A DNA stretch of 64,000 nucleotides from the human T2T-CHM13v2.0 reference genome, Homo sapiens. The translations under genes and the position numbers were made by a program. The stretch lies in the NCBI RefSeq assembly GCF_009914755.1, contig NC_060933.1. One strand, given 5' to 3'. The notes under the pieces are model-generated. The model was not told the origin of the DNA. It worked only from the letters and a program-made list of their open reading frames with translations, and ran no database searches. Below are positions 53,640-64,000 of this stretch, piece after piece. Each line of letters begins with the position of its first letter. Within the stretch, counting starts at the first letter, position 1.

Positions 53640-53900
53640 GAATGAACATTTTTTCAAGTCCGAGTACCCCTCATAAATCTCATGTTCAGTGGCCACGGTG
53701 TATTCCAGAGCTCGGATGCACCATCATTCACCTCACCTTTCTTCTCTGATTGGATGTGTGAGTTGGTGCCAATTTTTTATTATAAATAATGCTGTGATGA
53801 ACATCCCTGCACATAAATCTGTGCACACACACATTTCAAATGCCGCTCTCTGGTTGGACCTGCTGATGGGGCTGACCTTTCTGAGGCTGCTGACGTGCCC
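53640..53900 (-). mobile_element. Old L1M fragment
   Basis: attataaataatgctgtgatgaacatcc is a typical antisense L1M signature. Confidence 0.7.
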
Positions 53901-54189
53901 TGGCAAGCTCCGTGCTGCCCGCTAGCTGGCAGGGCTGAGGGCTCCCCGCCTGCGTCCCGCCATCGCCACCCTCACCCGCCCTCCCTGGGGTCTTCTGAGA
54001 GACGGTGAGGCTGTTTTCTGCCAAGGGAACCAGGCCTGGCGTTGGCCACTTCCAACGCAGGCAGCTGAAAGCACCCCTCGCAGGGAGGAGCTCGGGGGCT
54101 GAGGGGCTCAGGAGAGTCTGTCTTGGGAAGGGAAGGCCCGAAGGCCCTGGGGAGCTGCTGAGCTGTGACCTGGCTGGAAGCTGGGAGGG

Positions 54190-54505
54190 TGACGTCCCTG
54201 GAAGGAAGACACTGGCATGCCGCAGCCAGGTGCAGGCAGCCAAAGGACAAACCCGCGTGTGAGTCTTCACGCCCAGAGACTGGAGGTGGAAAGGTGGGTG
54301 CCAGGGGCTGGGGCAGGGGTGTGAGTGTTCCATGAGGACAGAGCTTCAGTGGGGAAGATGGAGACTTCTGTGGATGGAGGGAGGTGACAGCCGCAGCGTC
54401 AGGTGAATGTGCTCAGGGCCACTGAACTGTGTGCTTAAAAATGGTAAGATGGTGAATTATGCGTATTTTACCACAATAAAAAGAAAGAAAAAAGAAAAAA
54501 AAAAA
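54190..54505 (+). mobile_element. L1MB-like 3' end with A tail
   Basis: gccactgaactgtgtgcttaaaaatggtaagatggtgaatt...ttttaccacaataaaaag. Confidence 0.82.
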
Positions 54506-54863
54506 GGATATCAAAAGCGACAGGGAGCCCAGGCAGAGGGTGGGTAAAGTGAGGAGGGCTGGAAGGTGACAGTGAGAGCCGTTTTCATCCAAACTCCCAA
54601 TTCCAGCATCGCTGGGCAGCTTCTGTTTGAAGAGAATGGAAATAAACGCTCTGCCAGGAGAGCAGGTCTACACAGGACAAGCTCTGGGACAGACGCAGGA
54701 CAGGGATGCATCCGGAGGGGCATCCCCACACCTGCCTTTGGGGCCTCCCAGACTGCGAGGGCGACGGGGTCCAGACTGGGCACTCACAGTGGACCAAGCA
54801 GGGCCACCACTGACGGACCCCTGAGCCGTGGGCGGAATGACAGGCCGTTCCCAGAGCTTCTAA

Positions 54864-55331
<468 letters not shown>

Positions 55332-55434
55332 CGTTACCATTTTTTAAATGTAATTTTTTTAGTAGATATGACATTTCCATGATTAGAGATCAAACCACAT
55401 CCTGGCTGTGATTAGGAATGTATCTTTTCATTCC

Positions 55435-55930
55435 CTTTTTATTTTTTTTTTGTAATTGTGGCAAAAGACACACAACAAAATTTATCATCTTCACCATTTT
55501 CAAGTGCACGATTCCGTGTCAGTGAGCACCTTCACAGTCCTGCAGCCACCACCCTCCATCTCCAGAACTCGCTATCTTCCTAAACTGAAGCTCTGTCCCC
55601 ATGAAACACTCACCCCCGTCCCCTCCCAGCCCCGGGACCCTCCATTCGACTTTCTGTCTCTGTGGCTCTGAGGGCCCTGAGCAGAATCACAGGGTCTGTC
55701 CTTATTCATCCTGCCTCTCTTGCATTCAGGCTGGAAGCATGCCATGCCTCTGCGGTCAGGTAACTGAGGCCTGGAGCTCCTTCCACAGCAGAGCACAGAC
55801 GTCCTCACCCACCTGCACAGCTGCGTGGCTCTCCCTGGGGGGATGGACAGGGAGGCTGTGGCGTCCCTGCTTGGCTGTTCAGGTACCTGCAGTGTCAACG
55901 CCTTTCCAACTGTGATCTGTCCCCTCCCCG
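55435..55930 (-). mobile_element. L1MB-like 3' end
   Basis: aattgtggcaaaagacacacaacaaaatttatcatcttcaccattttcaagtg...aaactgaagctctgtcccc. Confidence 0.8.
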
Positions 55931-56863
55931 CATCACACCCCACAGCGCTGGCCCAATCCTTCCAGATGTTTCCACAGGTCCTCCTGCAGTTGCCTCCCAC
56001 TCAGAGGGAACCTTCTCAAAGGCAAGCCTGACCCACAGGCAGGAGTCCGAGCTCCTTTCTGAGCATCTGGAGACTCTAGCTTGGCCCAGTCATGGCTGAG
56101 GCCACCCTGTCCCGAGGACACCAGGCTGTCCGTGGCCAGGGACCACACCCCCGACGCCCCTGAACCTTTGCCCACGTGGCCCCCTGCACCCCCTTCTTGG
56201 CAGTCTCGCATACCTTTGCGAACTTTTCCTTTCATGTCCTTCAAAATTCAGCTCAAGGCCTCCTCTTCCAGGAAGCCTTGCTGATTGTGGGCCGGACTCA
56301 CCCCAGTGCCTGTCCCACAACCGGCCCCAGGGAGGGAGGGGCTGTCTGTTTGCACACCTGTCACCCGCTGCGTCACGTGCTCTCTTCAGGCAGGGCTGAC
56401 CTGGTTGGAATGAGAGAAACGCTCTCCAGGCATCTCTGACAAAAGGTTCTTGGCAACCGTGCTGTCTTGGTTGTCCTGGGGCAGGTCCTTGCCTCTGATT
56501 GCTCTGTCCTCTGTCCTGGCAGCAGTCCTGGACACCAAGGCCAGGCTGGACCTACCTCTAGGAGTGCTCTAGTAGGGAATGGGGCAGGTGGGGGTCTACG
56601 AGGAGGCCAAACAGGGATCAGGAGGGCGGAGGGCGGAGGGCGGGCCCGGGAGAGAGCTCTCCCTGCAACCTGGGGTGTGGGCCAGGGGCCTGTGTGAGAG
56701 CAAACCTCGGGCAGGGCTAGTGGCCTTCTAGGCAGGGGTTTGGGAAGCGCCACACTTGGGTGCGGGGGGGGGGGGGGAGGGGAGCATGGGGGTGGTGCCG
56801 GGATGTGGCACCGAGACCATGGGTATGAAGTGCTGGGTCTCAGAGGTGAATGCGGGTGGCCCA

Positions 56864-57337
56864 GACAGGCTGCAGGGTAGACTGAGCCCTCAGGGAGGCA
56901 GCAGTTAGTGCTGCCGGCAAAGTTGGTGGTTGCAAGAGCAAGGACGGGGCATGTCGGGGGTGCCCCACACTGCACGAAGCCCCCCGGGCCGCTGGTCCTG
57001 CTGGCGCCATTGTCTCCCTCTAGGTGGGAGTCCTACAGCCCTGGGACTGGCTCATGGTGTCCTCTTCTGGGGGCATTTGGGCTGCAGCTTGGACACAGCC
57101 TGATCATCTTCCCCCCAGCAGGCCCACCCTGCCACCTGCATACCCAGCATCCGACTCAGCAACTGGGCAGGAAAAGATACTGAAAGAGCGTTTGTCTTCG
57201 GCATCTTCCCAGGCACAGAGTGGGGTGGGCAGGCCAGCTATGGCCTCCCATGTTCTGGGGTTTCTGGAAAGATCATTCCATTAGGTCTGCGGGGCAGGAC
57301 GGACAAGTTCAGACGGGAGATGGTCCCATAAAAGCAT
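56864..57337 (+). repeat. Copy A of a diverged ~0.5-kb direct duplication
   Basis: Collinear shared blocks with 59386-59919. Confidence 0.88.
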
Positions 57338-57899
57338 GGCCCGTGTGAGCACAGTGAACACTGATTCCAGACACCCTCAACCTCATCACCAGGCACTGAC
57401 CCCTCAGATCACGGCGCCCCGTGTCCTGGAAGCCATTGCTAGAGCGCAGCTCTCCTCTGTGCAGTGTGCGTGTGGGGAGTGGTGACCGTGTCTCTGATGG
57501 GCACAAGCTGAACACAACCCAGGCAGGTGCCCTGTCATCATGGGAGGGGCAGCGGGGGCACACCCTGCCGTCCTAAAACCCAGCCCTCTAAAGTGTCAGT
57601 TCTCATCGGTGGCTGGGTCTCCTGCCTCCCTGGGTGACACTGGGGACCAAATAACCCCTTCCCTTCCGTGGCCTCCTACCCATGCCCCCGGGAGGACCCA
57701 GGCGCAGGGCTAGGGTCTGTGTTTTGGGGAGCGCACGGCTAAGCCCTCCTGCGCACTCCGGACACTCAGGCCTCAGGTAGGGAGTGGGCAAGTGGCCAGT
57801 GCTGCCCCTTCCGGGTGGGCTGTCCCAGTCAGGCCCCTCGTCCCAGCCTTCTCCCTGTTTGAGGGGTGAGGCCGGTTGGATGCCTGCAGGGCCACCTCG

Positions 57900-59060
57900 G
57901 CCTCTATGCGCGACCCCCGGAGACTGAGACGGTAAGAGAGCTCCCCTTCCCACTGCGCCCCCGCGTCCCTGCAGCCAGGGGTGCGCGCCCCGCCGCCCAG
58001 TCCTGGGATGGAGCTGGGAAACGCCCGCTGCGGGGTGCCTGGGACCCCCGAAGGCGTCGGGAGTTGGGGGCAAACGGCCGCCGCCGGCCCGCGTCAGGCG
58101 CCCGGCCTCGCTGGGGCCGCGGCTCGGCTGGGTCCCCCCACTCCGGGTCCGGCTGAATCTCCATCCTCCCTGTGCGGCTCCTGCACCCCGGCGAACCTGG
58201 CTCTCTCTGTGCCTCAGTTTACTCCTGAGGTCCGCTGAGCAGGAAGTGCAGCCCTGGCTCCGGGACCTCAGCCCGAGGCCGGCGCTGCTGCGGAGCACAG
58301 GCCTTCTGAGGCCGCCCCACGCGCAGGGGCGCTGCAGAGCGCGGAGCCCGGGAGCTCGCACCGCCTGTTCGTGGGGTCCCTGGGGTGCAGGGGTGGAGGA
58401 CATAGGAGTGTGGGGGTCGTGGGCAGACCCAGGCGGGACGCTGTGCCAGTGCCGCCCCGAAGGCCCAGTGCGCAGGGTCCCCCGCGCCCCAGAGCCTGCC
58501 CCGCCCCTACGCCGGTACCCCCTCCAACCCCGGCCTGCCCCTCCCCCGCCCCACCCCCAGCCTACTCCCCCCACCCCCGCTCCTGCCCCCACCCCTGCCC
58601 CTAAGCTTGCCCCGCCCCCGAGCCCGCCCCCAACTCCCGCCCAGCTCCTGCAGCCGCCCCGCCCCGCAACCCCGAGCCTGTCCGGTCCCCGCACCGCAAC
58701 CCCGAGCCTGTCCCGTCCCCGCACCGCATACTCCACCAACCCCGGCCTGCCCCGCCCCGCCCCGCAGCCGCGCAGTCCCCGCGCTGGCTCCGAGCTGGTC
58801 TGGGGAGCTGCAGCGCTCGCCAGCGCCAGGGGGCGGCCTTGTCCTTCCCGCGGCTCCCGGACCCCCGCGTGCTGGGTCGGGGAGACCGCCCGGCAGCACC
58901 GCCCCCAGCCCCGCGCCCGGACTCCTGTGCCCCTTCCCTTCCTCCTGAGACGGGAAGAGCGGCCCCGCGGCCTGGGCGCGGGCTTTTCTTGCAGGAGCAC
59001 AGGCGGGGGGTGGGGGACCCAGGCCAGGGCGCGTGCGTGCTCGGCGCCCACTCCAGACGG
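57900..59060. promoter_or_regulatory. Orphan CpG island with a C-rich core
   Basis: CpG-dense, many GC boxes (ccccgccccc), CTCF-like GCGCCAGGGGGCGG at 58823-58836. No associated CDS. Confidence 0.75.
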
Positions 59061-59090
59061 TCACCCAGCAATCACCAGCGGTGGGGCGGG

Positions 59091-59205
59091 GAGAGACAGA
59101 GATAGAGAGAGATAGAGAGGGAGAGAGAGAGAGGGAGAGAGGGAGAGAGAGAGGGAAAGAGAGAGAGAGATGGGGGAAGAGAGGCAGAGACAGAAAGGGA
59201 GACAA
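59091..59205. repeat. (GA)n-rich simple repeat
   Basis: Read directly. Confidence 0.9.
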
Positions 59206-59385
59206 GAGCGCACGAGGCATGGGTTGGTGCGAAGCCCGGGTGTGCACCGGGGCTCAGGTGAGCCAGGCTGGCACCGGACGCCTCCCGTGGAGACAGCGCG
59301 GGGTCCCGGTTCCACCAGGATGTTCCACAGTCTCCTTCGGGGCTGGCAGCGAGGCCGAGGGGAGGAAGTGATTTGTCTCCGCGCT

Positions 59386-59919
59386 GACAGGCTGCGGGGC
59401 ACAGACCGAGCCCTCGGGGAGGCAGCCGTTAGTGCTGCTTGTAAGATCAGTCAGTGGTCGCAAGAGAAAGGGCTTGACCTTTCAAGGGTGCCCCACACTG
59501 CACAAAGACCCCCTGGCCGCTGGTCCCGGCTGGTGCCATTGTCTCCCTCTAGGTGGTCTGGGCTGCTGAGGGTAGGTGTGGACAGGAGTCCCACAGCCCC
59601 GGGACTGGCTCACCCCGTCCTCTTCCCGGGAGCGTTAGGGCTGCAGCTTGGACACGGCCTGGTCATCTCCCCAACCTTCCCCCCGGCAGGCAGTTCCTCC
59701 ACTACCCACCCGTGTCCCCAGCCTTCCCACTCAGCAACTCGAGCATAAGACAGACACCTGTTGGGTGAATGGCTCTTCCAGACAGAGACAGCTTCAGACA
59801 GGAGGCAGGTTGGCAGGCCAGCAATGGCTGACGATGCTCCGGGGTTTCTGGAAATAGTTCTGTGAGCTCTAGGAGACAGGGAGGGACAGTTCAGAAAGGA
59901 GTTGGTCCCGTAAAAGCAT
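59386..59919 (+). repeat. Copy B of the diverged direct duplication
   Basis: Collinear shared blocks with 56864-57337. Confidence 0.88.
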
Positions 59920-59932
59920 TTGCGTGATAATG

Positions 59933-60790
<858 letters not shown>

Positions 60791-60972
60791 GATTCTTTCT
60801 TGGGATTCTGGCCAGGCAGGGGCAGGGGTTCACATTGCTCAGACAGGAGACAGGCTCCTGGGGCAGGGGCACTCACCCTCAGGACGGGCTGAGGCCTGAA
60901 TCGAGGCCAGGGCCACCCACCTGGAAGCGTGGCTTAGCCCCATCCTGTGGGCACCTGGTCGGGCAGCTGCCG

Positions 60973-61046
60973 TGGCCCTTGCTGGCTACTGTCACATGCT
61001 GCCCTGGCCCTTGCTGGCTACTGTCACATGCTGCCATGGCCCCTGC
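60973..61046. repeat. 32-bp tandem repeat, ~2.3 copies
   Basis: tggcccttgctggctactgtcacatgctgcc at 60973 and 61005. Confidence 0.9.
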
Positions 61047-63702
61047 ACGCCCCTTGGCACAATCGTGGCCGTGGGGAGCTGTTCTGTTGTGGAACGTGAA
61101 GGTCATGGAGACCCACAGTGGCACAGGCAGCATGTGACCAGCTCTCAGTCAAGTGCTAAGGGAATGTCCAGCAGGGCTCTCACCCCGTGCGGAGGGACAG
61201 CCCTGAGGTGGCCCCAGCATTTCCTGCCGTTGGCCGGGGAGGCAGGGTCAGCTGCTTGAGTGTCTGGAGGCTGCTCCCCTGCCCAGCCCGCCTGCTGTGT
61301 GCCCACAAGCTTGGTGGCCAGGAGACATTTGTCAAAGGAATGCCTGATTGCATGAATGAACAGATGCCTTCTCCCATGAATTGCCTTGGTGCCTACAAAG
61401 GCAGGACCAGAGGCTCCCGCCTGGCTGTCAGAACTACAGGGCGATAGGGTGGCCTGCTGTGCCCACCCCCACAACCTCCCAGTGGCCATTTATCTGCAGA
61501 GCTGGTCCCCACAGGGATCAGAGCTTGGCAGGGGCTCCGATTTGCCCAGTCTTGAGGACTTGGCCATCACATACCAGGCTCCAGGTAAGGGCAGCCAGTC
61601 TATTGTCCCTGGAGTGACGCTTGTGGTGGAAGCCACAAGTGTCCCTTACCCCAGATGCCCGGGATGCGCCGGACACAGGCCGCAGGGGGCACGGGCGTCG
61701 AATTAACATTGCAGGAGGGTCCCACGACTGTTGATATCAGCACTTCGGGGTTATTTATGAATTCATCTATTTCCTGGGACAAGCCATTCTGCATTTGGTT
61801 ACCATGGTAGCTTTAAACCCGGTATCTTATTAATTCTGCATGTTATGAAATAAATATAGATCAGACAATTGCAGTGATGGTTCTATCTTTTTATTATGCA
61901 TTTGGTTCTTGGTGCCGGGGATGGGATGCTCCCAACACACCACCGTCAACACACATCCATCAGCCTCGGGGGCCTGGGCGGGCTGCAGGGGCGCACTCCT
62001 GCGCCTGAGAATGGAGTGGGGCTGAGGAGGGGACACGAGGCTGTCTCAGGGAAAGGGTGAAGCTTGAAGACCCCCCAGGGCACCGGCAGCTCCTGAAGGA
62101 ATTCCTACAGCCCGGCAGGGATGGACGCACCGGGGAAGGAGGCCGGTGTCCTGGGGTGCTTCGGCTGGAATTGCAGGGCCAGTGGGTTGGAATGGCTCCC
62201 ACCTGCGGACTGGGACCTCGTGGCGCTGCCGAGTGGAGGTGCCTGGGGCAGGGGCCACTCAGCCGCCCCTGGCACTGCCTGAGCAGAAGAGGAGACTCCA
62301 TCGGAACCAGCACTCAGCAGCATGAGCAGAAGAGGAGACTCCATGGGAAGCAGCAGGCATCGCGGTCCCTGATGTTCTTGAGGTTTCAGGCTGGCAGGAG
62401 GAGTCCAGTTAGAGAGGGCCCAGAGGTGGAGAGGGGGCCTGCCGGGATCTCTTTTGGGCACCTTGGCTTTCGCTTAGTTTCGTGGGCCATTGTGGGGACT
62501 CAATGAGCACTACGTGCCCCGGATAAAGCTGAATCCCCCAGCGGGCTGGGAAGCGGGGCTGTTTCCACCTCCACTTTGCAGAGCCCAGAGACACGAAGTC
62601 ACAAACTCACCGGCTCATGGCGAGCAGGACTTGAACCCAGGGCTGTTTACTGCGGGGCCTGGCCCTCCCTAGGCTCTGAAGCAGAGTCCCCTGTGCATTC
62701 CTGATCTCTTCGCCCCCAGAAAAGCATCCCCACGTCTATCTGTGCTTGCCCACTGCAGACCAGGCAGGGGCCGTGTGGCCAGGTGTCACCTCTGTAGCAG
62801 TCAGCACCCAGGGCTGGCAGCAGGCAGTCTGAGGACCAGTGAGGGCAGGGCGCTGTGTCTGGCAGAGTGGCTGCTTGGGAGAGACATTTTCTCCCGGAGT
62901 CTCCCCTGCCCAGGGTCATGGTTCTGGCACAGATGGCTCTAGGGAAACAATGACAGCCTTTGGCTGGGTCAGGCCTTTGCTTCCTCTGACCACTAATGGC
63001 CCTGGGCTGAAGGCCAAGAATGCACCAGGAACCGGGACGGGCAGGGCCAGGTGAGCAGGGAAGAGGGAAGGGTCCCAGTAAGGGAACTGGGTGCAGGGTG
63101 CCCAGCTGGGGCTTTGCAAGCAGCCATCAGGCAGAGACCTGGGGCAGAGGAGACTCCTGGAAACATGCACCCTGCAAGCAGAGGAGGTGGCGTGGGCCTG
63201 GCTGCGGCGCTCGCAGGTACCCCCTCAGCGTGTCATTGGCTCAGGGGCCCCACCCCCTTCTGTCAAAGGACTGGGAGGTCACCAGGGTCTGTCCAGCTGC
63301 AAGTCCCCGATTCTCTGCAGAGTCTTGTTCTTTGGGGCAGGCTGGGACCCCGGCTGCCTGTCACCCTGCCACGGCTCCGCAGCGGCCCATCGATCCCCCC
63401 ATCCCCTGCCAGCGGCCACGCCAGCGTGGGCCACTCAGACGTTCCCAGCCCCCAGGGCCCGATCAGGGCATCGACAGAACGGCACGCTCGCCATTTAATT
63501 AAGCTTAGTTTAATTAAAAACCTGGAGTTCTTTATTAGACTTGGTAATTGATTTAATTTTCTGTGGAATTCAAGTGCCAAACACCTCTTTTGTGTGAGCT
63601 TGTGAATTTTGGCAGGTGGAGTCGGACAGCCAAAAAGAAAAATCCCTCCTCCGCTGGGTGAGGTTTGTCTCACAGCAGCACGGGCAGAATCCTCTGCTGA
63701 CC

Positions 63703-63802
63703 CACCCTCCTCTCCCCTCGCTTCCCCTCCTCTCCCCTCCCTCCCCCTCCCTCCCCCTCCCTTCCCCTTCCCTCCTCTCCCCTCCCCAAAACCTCCCTTC
63801 CC
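63703..63802. repeat. CT-rich low-complexity tract
   Basis: Read directly. Confidence 0.85.
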
Positions 63803-64000
63803 TAGGCCAAGGGTTTTTCGCCATGGGGAAAGGCCGCCCTTGCTACTGGGTGGGGTTTCTGGAAATCCCACAGTGGCTCGGGTCTCTGCTGGTCCCCGGG
63901 CTGGCGGTGGAGAGGGGTTTCCTTAGGTGATCCCAGGGGGCCTCTGGATGGGGAGGAGGATGTGGGGTGCAGGGAATCCATTTTGTGGGTTATTTTTGGA

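Noticed and set aside
57603-59247. 482-aa and 289-aa ORFs over the orphan island
   Set aside because: Non-ATG starts, low-complexity translation of C/G tracts, and no recognisable domain.
56864-59919. LTR retroelement (two LTRs flanking an internal region)
   Set aside because: No clear TG...CA termini, TSD, primer-binding site or gag/pol remnant was seen, and the interior is a CpG island. Not fully excluded without a Dfam search.
63830-63900. Third copy of the duplicated module
   Set aside because: Only the 14-mer GGGGTTTCTGGAAA is shared; the flanks are not collinear.

Overview
Human (primate) genomic DNA, GC-rich and dense in Alu, L1M, MLT1 and MIR elements. The only supportable protein-coding region is TMEM250 (C9orf69), 41884-42303 on the minus strand. 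It has a non-coding exon 1 in a CpG island at about 43.4-44.9 kb and a poly(A) signal at about 40.01 kb. From remembered 9q34.3 synteny, the CpG island at about 19.4-20.9 kb is probably the promoter and non-coding exon 1 of NACC2 (minus strand), which would make 1-20141 its intron 1. Most tracked ORFs are artefacts of GC content, Alus or tandem repeats. The most interesting observations are: (1) a layered uORF design in the TMEM250 leader, where a spliced 53-aa uORF stops 6 nt before an in-frame 135-aa overlapping ORF; (2) an old ~0.5-kb direct duplication bracketing an orphan CpG island, with identical motif cores in both copies; (3) several AT-rich islands dense in homeodomain, POU and HOX-TALE motifs that look like developmental enhancers; (4) a near-perfect 27-bp x ~29 VNTR upstream of NACC2; (5) a possible antisense TATA-like promoter and long ORF in the TMEM250 island. 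No prokaryote-type system (CRISPR or similar) is present. Repeat subfamily calls were made by eye and their boundaries are approximate.
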